DNA of 64,000 nucleotides from an uncultured Acidimicrobiales bacterium. Its GTDB lineage: Bacteria; Actinomycetota; Acidimicrobiia; Acidimicrobiales; VFJN01. The position numbers and the translations under genes are program-made. Below the pieces are notes generated by a model, which ran no database searches, was not told where the DNA came from, and saw only the letters and a program-made list of their open reading frames with translations. Of the stretch, positions 11,848 through 20,029 are shown in pieces (within the stretch, counting starts at the first letter, position 1; each line of letters starts with the position of its first letter). The DNA is taken from positions 2,996-66,995 of the forward strand of contig CAVWYL010000001.1 of the NCBI GenBank assembly GCA_963759225.1. Reading direction: 5' to 3'.

Positions 11848-12094
11848 GTTCCACGTGGAACATCCCGGGCTGCCGAGTCATCGATGCGGCCGGGGTTGCG
11901 GTCGCCGGGCGAGCGAGAGCGAGTCGGTGGGGGTTCCACGTGGAACACGGCTTCCGTGGGGGCAGGCGGAGTGCGGCTGGCGGGTGGAGGTGTTCCACGT
12001 GGAACACGGCCGCGGCGTGTACGCGGGCGTGTGTCGCCGGTTCCACGTGGAACATGGCGTGAATGGCCGTGCGTCGGGGCGTTCCACGTGGAAC
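11848..12094. repeat. Array of five identical 14-bp palindromes GTTCCACGTGGAAC (parS-like centromere sites)
   Basis: Perfect copies lie at 11848-11861, 11933-11946, 11992-12005 (16-bp TGTTCCACGTGGAACA), 12040-12053 and 12081-12094. They sit between rsmG and parA and resemble the canonical parS tGTTtCACGTGaAACa. Confidence 0.75.
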
Positions 12095-12199
12095 ATCGGT
12101 GCTCAGTGTGTGAGGGGTCGCGCGGTCGGCGAGCGACATGCGCTTCGGGTGCGAGATCGCGGCAATCGCGGGTTGACCGGGGCATGCCGGCCCGAAATC

Positions 12200-13250
12200 A
12201 TGTGCCGAATGACCGAGAGGCCGCCCAGCCCACGTTCGAGGAGCCGGGCGGCCCGTGTTCGACAGCCCGGCTTCGCGTTGCCCGGCGTCGACGCGATCCC
12301 CAACCTCGCCGACCTCTCCGGCGATCCCCACTCGCCCGACCCCTACGAGAGTGCACAGGTGATGACCCCTCCAGCTTCCGTCGTCGACGAGCCGGCCCCG
12401 CCGGCCGTCGCCACCACGACCGCCACCGGGACGGACACCGTTCCGGCCGCTCCCTCGCCGTTCCAGCGTCCCCTGCCCCGCTTCATCGCCATCGCCAACC
12501 AGAAGGGCGGCGTCGGCAAGACCACGACCGCCGTCAACCTCGGTGCCTGCCTGGCCGAGCTCGGCTACCGGGTCCTGGTGGTCGATCTCGACCCCCAGGG
12601 CAACGCCAGCACCGGTCTCGGCATCAACATCCGCGACCTGCAGGCCTCGATGTACGACGTCATTCTCAACGACCTTCCCGTCGAGGACTGCGTCGAGGCG
12701 ACGGCCGTCCGCAACCTGTTCGTGGCGCCGGCCGCTCTCGATCTGGCCGGGGCGGAGATCGAGCTCGTGCCCGCGCTTCAGCCGGGAGATGCGCCTGCGC
12801 CGGGCGCTCGATGCCGTGCGGGACGACTACGAGTTCGTCCTCATCGACTGCCCGCCCTCCCTCGGCCTCCTCACCGTCAACGGGCTCGCGGCGGCCAGCG
12901 AGGTCATCGTGCCCATCCAGTGCGAGTACTACGCCCTCGAGGGCCTCGGCCAACTGCTGCGCAACGTCCAGCTCGTCCAGCGCAACCTGAACCCCCGGCT
13001 CGAGCTCAGCGCCATGGTGCTCGTCATGTACGACGCCCGCACCAAGCTGGCCGACCAGGTGGTGCACGAGGTGCGCGACCACTTCGGCGACAAAGTGTGC
13101 AACAGCATCGTGCCCCGGACCGTGCGCCTCAGCGAGGCGCCGTCGTTCGGGCAGCCGATCATCACGTTCGACCCGACCTCCCGGGGGTCGATCGCCTACC
13201 GGAGCCTGGCGGTGGAGGTGAGCGGTGGAGCGGCGCAGCGGGCTGGGTAA
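12200..13250 (+). CDS. parA: Chromosome partitioning ATPase ParA/Soj, with an apparent 1-nt insertion near 12776 (start uncertain: ATG 12200, 12209 or 12362)
   Basis: IAIANQKGGVGKTTTAVNLGACLAELGYRVLVVDLDPQGNAS...GAEIELVPA is in the frame of ORF 11855..13267. FSREMRLRRALDAVRDDYEFVLIDCPPSLG...PRTVRLSEAPSFGQPI is in ORF 12543..13250. High GC3 upstream of 12362 favours the earlier start. Confidence 0.85.
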
Positions 13251-14112
13251 GGGCCTCGGCGCGCTGATCCCGTCCGACGTCGTCGAGGGGTCCGCGCCCC
13301 GCGTCGGCGTGCAGGAGGTGCCGATCAGCAAGATCGAGCCCAACCCCCTCCAGCCCCGCACCCACTTCGACGAGGAGTCCCTCTCCGGCCTCACCGCCTC
13401 CATCCGCGAGCTGGGGGTGCTCCAGCCCGTCCTCGTCCGCGAGCTGACCCCCGACCGCTACGCCCTCATCGCCGGCGAGCGGCGCTGGCGGGCGGCCAAG
13501 CGGGCCGGGCTCCAGTTCATGCCGGTCATCGTGCGCGACGTGAGCGACGAGCTGACGCTCCAGACCGCGCTCGTGGAGAACCTCCACCGCGACGACCTCA
13601 ACCCCCTCGAGGAAGCGGCCGCCTACCAGCAGCTGATCGAGGACTTCAACATGACCCAGGAGGCCGTCGCCCACCGCGTCGGCAAGAGCCGGTCGGCCGT
13701 GACCAACCTGCTCCGGCTGTTCCAGCTCCCGCCCCAGGTCCAGCGCCTCGTCGCCGACGGGCAGGTGTCGACCGGCCACGCCAAGGTCCTCCTGGGCACC
13801 CCCGACCGCGCCTTCCAGGAGGCGCTCGCCCGGCGCGTCGCCAGCGAGGGTCTCACGGTCCGCGAGACCGAGGAAGCCGTCCGCCTCCGCCAGGGCCGCG
13901 CCAGCGACCTCCCGACGCCGGACGGCGGCACCCCCGGCAGCAAGCTCCGGGCACCCGGCCTGCTGGAGCTGGAGGAGCTGCTCGCCGACCAGCTCGACAC
14001 CCGGGTCAAGATCAACATGGGCCCCAAGCGGGGCCGGGTCGTCATCGAGTTCGCCGACCTCGAAGACCTCGAGCGCATCTACCGGGTCATGGCCACCACG
14101 CCACGCCCCTGA
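13225..14112 (+). CDS. parB: Chromosome partitioning protein ParB/Spo0J
   Basis: ORF 13225..14112 is intact: [37 protein letters not shown] (ParB box), and the [26 protein letters not shown]. Confidence 0.93.
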   Translation: MERRSGLGKGLGALIPSDVVEGSAPRVGVQEVPISKIEPNPLQPRTHFDEESLSGLTASIRELGVLQPVLVRELTPDRYALIAGERRWRAAKRAGLQFMPVIVRDVSDELTLQTALVENLHRDDLNPLEEAAAYQQLIEDFNMTQEAVAHRVGKSRSAVTNLLRLFQLPPQVQRLVADGQVSTGHAKVLLGTPDRAFQEALARRVASEGLTVRETEEAVRLRQGRASDLPTPDGGTPGSKLRAPGLLELEELLADQLDTRVKINMGPKRGRVVIEFADLEDLERIYRVMATTPRP

Positions 14113-14180
14113 CGCCCCTGACGCGCGACCCTCGATGTCCGAAACGGCGCCACGAGCGCTGACGCGCCGTGGAACACCTC

Positions 14181-14228
14181 GAAAAAGACTAAACCCCAAC
14201 CTGAGGATGGCGTGTCCTCAAGTTGGGG
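14181..14228 (-). terminator. Intrinsic-terminator-like hairpin with a U-tract downstream of trxA (also faces the parB 3' end)
   Basis: The stem pairs CCCCAACCTGAGGA (14194-14207) with TCCTCAAGTTGGGG (14215-14228), 13 of 14 pairs with a 7-nt loop. On the minus strand it is followed by TTTAGTCTTTTTC (complement of 14181-14193). Confidence 0.6.
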
Positions 14229-14236
14229 TCGAGTCG

Positions 14237-14263
14237 TCCACAACCTTTCGCACAGGTTGTGGA
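14237..14263. other. Perfect 10-bp hairpin whose arms are DnaA-box-like sequences
   Basis: TCCACAACCT (14237-14246), loop ttcgcac, AGGTTGTGGA (14254-14263). It contains TCGTCCACA (14234-14242) and TTGTGGATA (14257-14265). It lies 19 nt downstream of the trxA stop. Confidence 0.5.
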
Positions 14264-14281
14264 TAGAGCTGTGCGCAGGCG

Positions 14282-14611
14282 TCAGGGCAGGAATTCGTCG
14301 AGCTCAGCCAGAAGCTGACCCTTACCCTTCGCCCCCACGAGGCGCTTCTGCGCCGTGCCGTCCTTGAAGACGATCAGCGTGGGGATGCTCATCACGTCGA
14401 AGCGCCGGGCCACGTCGGGGTTGTCGTCGACGTTCAGCTTGGCGACCGTGATCTTGCCGGCGTGCTCGTTGGCGATCTCGTCGAGGATCGGCGCGATCAT
14501 CTTGCAGGGACCGCACCACTCAGCCCAGAAGTCGACGACGACGGCCTCGCCGGCGGCACCGATCGTCTCGTCGAACGTGGCGTCGGTGAGCGTGTTGATG
14601 TTTCCAGCCAT
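14282..14611 (-). CDS. trxA: Thioredoxin
   Basis: ORF 14282..14611 (109 aa) is intact, with the WCGPC active site (FWAEWCGPCKMIAP). Confidence 0.95.
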   Translation of the reverse strand: MAGNINTLTDATFDETIGAAGEAVVVDFWAEWCGPCKMIAPILDEIANEHAGKITVAKLNVDDNPDVARRFDVMSIPTLIVFKDGTAQKRLVGAKGKGQLLAELDEFLP

Positions 14612-14694
14612 GTAGCGGTGACCTTTCCTGGTGATGAGTCCCGAATCGAACTACCCGCTTGAACAGCGCCGACGCTGCCGATGTTCCCCGCCGG

Positions 14695-15667
<973 letters not shown>

Positions 15668-15713
15668 TCTGGATGCGTCCTGATTTCGGGGGGTGTCGCC
15701 GGTCTCAACGCCG

Positions 15714-16082
15714 TCAGGCCGACGTCTCTTCCCGGGGCCGGCGGCGGGGCCACAGCACGGCGGCCCCCACCATGAACACCAGCCCGAGGATGAGGTAGGC
15801 GGCCCACATGTGGTCCTCGCCGAACACGGAGTCGGGCAGGTAGACGTCGATCAGCCGGACGGCGGCCACGATCAGCAGCACCGCCACCACGGAGCCGACC
15901 AACACCGCGAACAGGCCGTAGACGACGGCGCGGGCGGCCGTGAGCGCGGGGCCGGTGGTCTTGTCGCGCACCGAGCCCACGACCTGCTCGATCTTGTCGG
16001 CGGCCAGTGCGGGCCAGTCGGCCTCCGGCGCCGGGGCGCCGGGCTGGGGCGCCGACCGGGCAGGGGATGAGGCGTTCGCCAT
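15714..16082 (-). CDS. Hypothetical membrane protein (two hydrophobic helices)
   Basis: ORF 15714..16082 (122 aa) has hydrophobic segments [24 protein letters not shown] and [19 protein letters not shown]. The ATG lies 26 nt after the upstream anti-sigma stop. I recognise no family. Confidence 0.5.
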   Translation of the reverse strand: MANASSPARSAPQPGAPAPEADWPALAADKIEQVVGSVRDKTTGPALTAARAVVYGLFAVLVGSVVAVLLIVAAVRLIDVYLPDSVFGEDHMWAAYLILGLVFMVGAAVLWPRRRPREETSA

Positions 16083-16107
16083 GGCGCAGAGCCTAACGCT
16101 GCCGCCC

Positions 16108-16937
16108 TCAGCGGAGAGGCTGGTCGACGACGATGCGGCACGAGCCGTCGATGGCCACGAGCTGCTCGCCGTCGGGGAGGGCCACCACCCACACGCTCAC
16201 GGCGGTGCCGTCGAGGTCGGCGGTGCCCTGCAGCACGACGGCGGACGCTCTGTCCCCCAGCAGGTCGAGCAGCGACTCGGGCGGGCAGCCGGACAGCGCC
16301 TCGAAGCGCTGTCGGCGTCTGCGCCGCTCCGGGGCACGACGCGGCCGCTGGCCTGGGCGCGCGCGGCCGCCGCCAGTGCCTCCGCGTCGGGGAACGAACC
16401 GAGGTGGCCGACGCCGGGCGCCGGCGCGGCACCCGCCGCCGACTCCGCGGACGACTCGCTCTCCTCGGCGGGGGCGTCCTGGGCGGCGCCGTCGTCACCG
16501 GACTCGTCCGCCGAGGTCCCACCCCCGCTGTCCTGGAGGGCGACGCTCTCACTGTCGTCCTGGCTGTCGCCCGCCAGCGCGGCCAGTCCCGCCACCGATG
16601 CCACGAGGGCGAGGACCACCGCGGCCGCCCCCAGCCACCGCGTCCGCTGGGCCCGGGCCCGGCGCCGGGCCGCCAGGTCGGCCACCTCGCCCCGCTCGCG
16701 CCCGACCACGACCCCCGCGTCCGGGTCGAAGGCGGCCAGGGCGGCGGCCAGCCCCTGCTCGCGGGCCTCCGCCGAGGGCGGCGGCACGTCCCGGACCAGG
16801 TCACGGGCCCGTGCCATCGCCGCGACCCGGGCCATCACCGCCGGGTCGCGCCGCGCCGCGTCGGCCGCCGCGGGGGGCAGCGTGCCGTCCAGCAGGGCGG
16901 AGGCGAGGTCGTCGTGGTGGGCGTCGGCGGAGGTCAT
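16108..16937 (-). CDS. Putative anti-sigma factor / membrane protein cotranscribed with the ECF sigma, frameshifted around 16310-16330
   Basis: ATG 16937 overlaps the sigma stop (ATGA). The N-terminus is MTSADAHHDDLASALLDGTL..., followed by a TM segment WLGAAAVVLALVASVAGLAALAG. The sensible C-terminus QRFEALSGCPPESLLDLLGDRASAVVLQGTADLDGTAVSVWVVALPDGEQLVAIDGSCRIVVDQPLR* is in another frame, ending with TGA at 16108. Confidence 0.6.
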
Positions 16938-17503
16938 GGGCTCGTGGTTGGACGATCGGGAGCGGTAGCGGGGTTCCCGAGCAGGTCGGCGAGCTGCGCC
17001 CGGCCCCGGGCGATGCGGGACCGCACGGTGCCCGGCGGGATGTCCAGCACCCGTCCTATCTCGGCGTAGTCCAGATCGCACAGGTCCCGCAGGACCACCG
17101 CCACCCGGAACTCGTACGGCAGCCGGGCCAGCGCCCCGTCGGCGTCGAGCCGGCCCGCCACGGCGTCGACCCCGGCGTCGGGGACACCGTCGCCCTCGGC
17201 CAGCGCGTCGTCGCCCGGGACGGGACGCCGGGCCCGGCGCCGCAGCTCGTCGAGGCAGGCGTTGCTCACGACCCGGTACGACCAGGTCGTGAACGCCGCC
17301 CGCCCGTCGAACCGGGGCAGGCCCCGGACGATGGCGATCAGCCCCTCCTGCAGGGCGTCCTGGGCGTCCGCGTCGTTGCCCGCCAGCCGCCGGCACAGGC
17401 GCCACCACCGGTCGTGGTGGTTCCGCAGCAGCCGGTCGAGCGCGCCGCGATCACCGGCCTGGGCGGCGGAGACGAGGGCGCGGTCGTCGGCGTCGGGTGC
17501 GAT
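16934..17503 (-). CDS. ECF-type RNA polymerase sigma factor (SigM-like by synteny); start codon unresolved
   Basis: ORF 16934..17269 holds region 4 (LDYAEIGRVLDIPPGTVRSRIARGRAQL). The same frame upstream reads DDRALVSAAQAGDRGALDRLLRNHHDRWWRLCRRLAGNDADAQDALQEGLIAIVRGLPRFDGRAAFTTWSYRVV (region 2). It has no ATG/GTG back to the in-frame TGA at 17519. ATC 17503 is the only start-like codon. Confidence 0.75.
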   Translation of the reverse strand: MAPDADDRALVSAAQAGDRGALDRLLRNHHDRWWRLCRRLAGNDADAQDALQEGLIAIVRGLPRFDGRAAFTTWSYRVVSNACLDELRRRARRPVPGDDALAEGDGVPDAGVDAVAGRLDADGALARLPYEFRVAVVLRDLCDLDYAEIGRVLDIPPGTVRSRIARGRAQLADLLGNPATAPDRPTTSP

Positions 17504-17518
17504 GGGCCGAACAGTACG

Positions 17519-19180
17519 TCAGCTCTCGAGCCGGACGTCTTCGACCACCATCTGGCCGTTGTCGCCCGCCCGTGTGAACCACAAGAGGACCGCGGCGCCC
17601 TCGGCCTCGCCCTCGAGCTCGCTGCGCGCCGTGCTGCCGTCGCCCGGCTCGAACGTGCCCACCGGGTCGCCCCAGTCGGCCAACGTCTCGGCCGGGCCGT
17701 CGGCCACGTACACCTCGGCCTCCCAGCCGACGCTCGACGAGTCGACCTCGAGCGCGGACAGCGCCGTCGCCGCGTCGAGCGTGAGGATCAGCCCGACCCC
17801 GCCCTTCAGGCCACCCCAGTCGGGCCGGCCGTAGGTCTCGGAGGTCCAGGCCGTGGCCGGATCGCCGTCGATGGCGTTGCCCGTCTCGTCGCCGTGCTCG
17901 CCGCCGGTGCCCTCGGGGTCGAAGTCGACGACGCCGGAGATCGTGACCGCCCCCGACGCCGGCTCCGCGGCGGCCGGGGTCTCGCCGGCGCCGCCGCCGC
18001 CGTCGCCGAACAGCGTGCTGCTCGACCCCTTGATGAGCAGGCCGGCGAGGCCCAATGCCACCGCCACCAGCACGACCAGCAGCGTGGGGACGAGCCACCG
18101 GCGCTCGCTGTCGCGGAACCGGACGGGCACGTTGCCCGGCGGCGTGCCCCCGGCCGGGAAGGCACCCGGGGTGCGGGCGCCTGACGGGGGCGGCGGGACC
18201 GGCGAGCCGGGCACCGGCTCGGACGTCGTCGGATCGACCGCGGCGGCCCGGTCGTCGGCGCCGGCGCCGAGCAGCGCGGCCCGCACGTCGGTGGCGGTGG
18301 GGAAGCGGGCCGCCGGGTCGCGGGCCAGCAGCCGCATCGTGATGGACTCGAGCTCGCGGGGCACACCGGCCCGCACGAGCCGGGGGCGCTGCGGGTCGCT
18401 GTGGAGCCGGGCCAGCGCCGTGGCCGACGACGTGTCCGCCTCGAAGGGCACCCGGCCGCACAGCATCTCGTAGAGGACCACGCCCAGGCTGTAGAGGTCG
18501 GTGCGGCCGTCGATCGGCTTGGCCTCGATCTGCTCGGGCGCCAGGTACTTGGCGGTGCCGAGGAACGAGCCCTCCTGCGTGAGGTCGGCGGACTCGGCCG
18601 CCTTGGCGATGCCGAAGTCGCCGACCTTCACCCGCCCGTCCTGGGACAGCAGGATGTTGGCGGGCTTGATGTCCCGGTGGACCAGCCCGGCGGCGTGCGC
18701 CACCGACAGCGCCCCCGCGACCTGGGCGGCGATGTTGGCCGCCACCCACGGGTCCAGCGCCCCGTCGTCGAGCCGCTGGCGCAGGGTCTGGCCCCGCACG
18801 AGCTCCATCACGATGGCCTCGACCCCGTCGTCGCTGCACGTGTCGTAGACGTTGACGATCGACGGGTGCGACAGCTTGGCGACCGCGATGGCCTCGTGGC
18901 GGAACCGGGTCACGAACGTCTCGTCGGCCGCCAGGTGCTGGTGCAGGATCTTGAGCGCGATCGCCCGTCGCAGCACCTCGTCGGTGCCCAGCCACACCTG
19001 TGCCATGCCGCCCGACGCCAACAGCTCGTCGAGCCGATAGCGGCCGCCCAGCAGCGCGCCAGCAGAGACGCCGGCGGCTTGCGACGGGCCGGAGGAGGGA
19101 GGCGTCACTGCCACGGTGCGCTCAACCGTAGCGAAGGGGCGCCCCTGACGCGAGGTCAGGATCCGTGAAGATGCTCTCAC
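17519..19180 (-). CDS. Transmembrane Ser/Thr protein kinase with a C-terminal extracytoplasmic discoidin/CBM-like domain
   Basis: ORF 17519..19180 is intact. Kinase motifs: GGMAQVW, AIALKIL, HRDIKPANILL, DFGIAKA, GTAKYLAPEQ. The TM segment is WLVPTLLVVLVAVALGLAGLLI. The C-terminal domain carries GNAIDGDPATAWTSETY. Confidence 0.9.
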   Translation of the reverse strand: MRASSRILTSRQGRPFATVERTVAVTPPSSGPSQAAGVSAGALLGGRYRLDELLASGGMAQVWLGTDEVLRRAIALKILHQHLAADETFVTRFRHEAIAVAKLSHPSIVNVYDTCSDDGVEAIVMELVRGQTLRQRLDDGALDPWVAANIAAQVAGALSVAHAAGLVHRDIKPANILLSQDGRVKVGDFGIAKAAESADLTQEGSFLGTAKYLAPEQIEAKPIDGRTDLYSLGVVLYEMLCGRVPFEADTSSATALARLHSDPQRPRLVRAGVPRELESITMRLLARDPAARFPTATDVRAALLGAGADDRAAAVDPTTSEPVPGSPVPPPPSGARTPGAFPAGGTPPGNVPVRFRDSERRWLVPTLLVVLVAVALGLAGLLIKGSSSTLFGDGGGGAGETPAAAEPASGAVTISGVVDFDPEGTGGEHGDETGNAIDGDPATAWTSETYGRPDWGGLKGGVGLILTLDAATALSALEVDSSSVGWEAEVYVADGPAETLADWGDPVGTFEPGDGSTARSELEGEAEGAAVLLWFTRAGDNGQMVVEDVRLES

Positions 19181-19181
19181 C

Positions 19182-20018
19182 TCATGCCGGATCGACCCAT
19201 GTCAGCCCCATCACACGCGGCCCACCGTGGGTCCCGATGGTGGGCCCGATCAGCGTCACGGTGATCTGGTCCTCGCCGTAGCGCGGTGCCAGCAGGGCCA
19301 GCATCTGCTCGAGGTCGGGCGCCATGCCGTGGGCCACGCACAGGTGCTCGACGGCGGGGAGGGCGAAGACCTTGTCCCGCAGCCACTCGAGGGCCTTGCG
19401 CCGGGTGCGGGCCCGGCCGGCCTCCGCCACCTCGCCGCTGGAGATGTCGAGCAGCGGCTTGATCGACAGCAGCGACCCGAGCAGGGCCTGGGCGCCGCCG
19501 ATGCGGCCGCCCTTCTTGAGGTTGTCGAGCGTGTCGAGGGCGCCGAACACGTGGGTGCGGGCCGCCAGGCTCTCGACCGCGGCCACGATGTCGTCGGCCC
19601 CGGCCCCGTCGGCCGCCATCTCGGCCGCCACCGTGACCTGGGTCCCCAGGCCCGCGGTGATGCTGTGCGAGTCGACCACGCGGATGTCGAGGTCGTCGGC
19701 GGCCTTGGCCGCGTTCTGCGCCGACTGGATGGTGGCCGACAGCCCGGACGACAGGTTGACGCACACGATCTGGTCGGCCCCGGCCTCGGCCTGCCGGCGG
19801 AACGCCGCCTCGAACGCCCCCGGCGACGGCGCCGCCGTCTCCGGCAGGTCGGCGGTGGTCGCGAGCTTGTCGTAGAACTCGCCGACCGACAGGTCGACCC
19901 CGTCGGTGTACTCGTCGGTGCCGAACCGGATCGACAGCGGCACCACTTCGACCCCCAGCCGTTCGACCTCGGCGGACGGCAGGTCGGCGGACGAGTCGGT
20001 GACGATGCGAACCGGCAT
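19182..20018 (-). CDS. DegV family fatty-acid-binding protein
   Basis: ATG 20018 within ORF 19182..21995 gives MPVRIVTDSSADLPSAEVERLGVEVVPLSIRFG...LSSGLSATIQSAQNAA...IGTHGGPRVMGL, typical of DegV. Confidence 0.85.
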   Translation of the reverse strand: MPVRIVTDSSADLPSAEVERLGVEVVPLSIRFGTDEYTDGVDLSVGEFYDKLATTADLPETAAPSPGAFEAAFRRQAEAGADQIVCVNLSSGLSATIQSAQNAAKAADDLDIRVVDSHSITAGLGTQVTVAAEMAADGAGADDIVAAVESLAARTHVFGALDTLDNLKKGGRIGGAQALLGSLLSIKPLLDISSGEVAEAGRARTRRKALEWLRDKVFALPAVEHLCVAHGMAPDLEQMLALLAPRYGEDQITVTLIGPTIGTHGGPRVMGLTWVDPA

Positions 20019-20029
20019 GGCCGGCGACC

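Noticed and set aside
11848-12094. Regularly recurring identical repeats separated by unique spacers, which might be mistaken for a small CRISPR array.
   Set aside because: The repeat is only 14-16 bp and perfectly palindromic, spacer lengths are irregular (27-71 bp), and no cas genes are present. The sequence matches the parS consensus and sits upstream of parAB.
9181-12331. Minus-strand ORFs 9181..10935 (584 aa) and 9953..12331 (792 aa).
   Set aside because: They are antisense to yidC, jag and rsmG and run through the parS array (repeated FHVE/STWN translations). The composition is Arg/Pro/Gly junk.
17519-17521. The in-frame TGA between the kinase and the sigma factor as possible selenocysteine or programmed read-through.
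   Set aside because: A fusion would attach a cytoplasmic sigma factor to an extracytoplasmic domain, which is topologically implausible. I saw no obvious SECIS-like hairpin immediately downstream. Given the error-prone sequence, a lost start codon is the simpler explanation.
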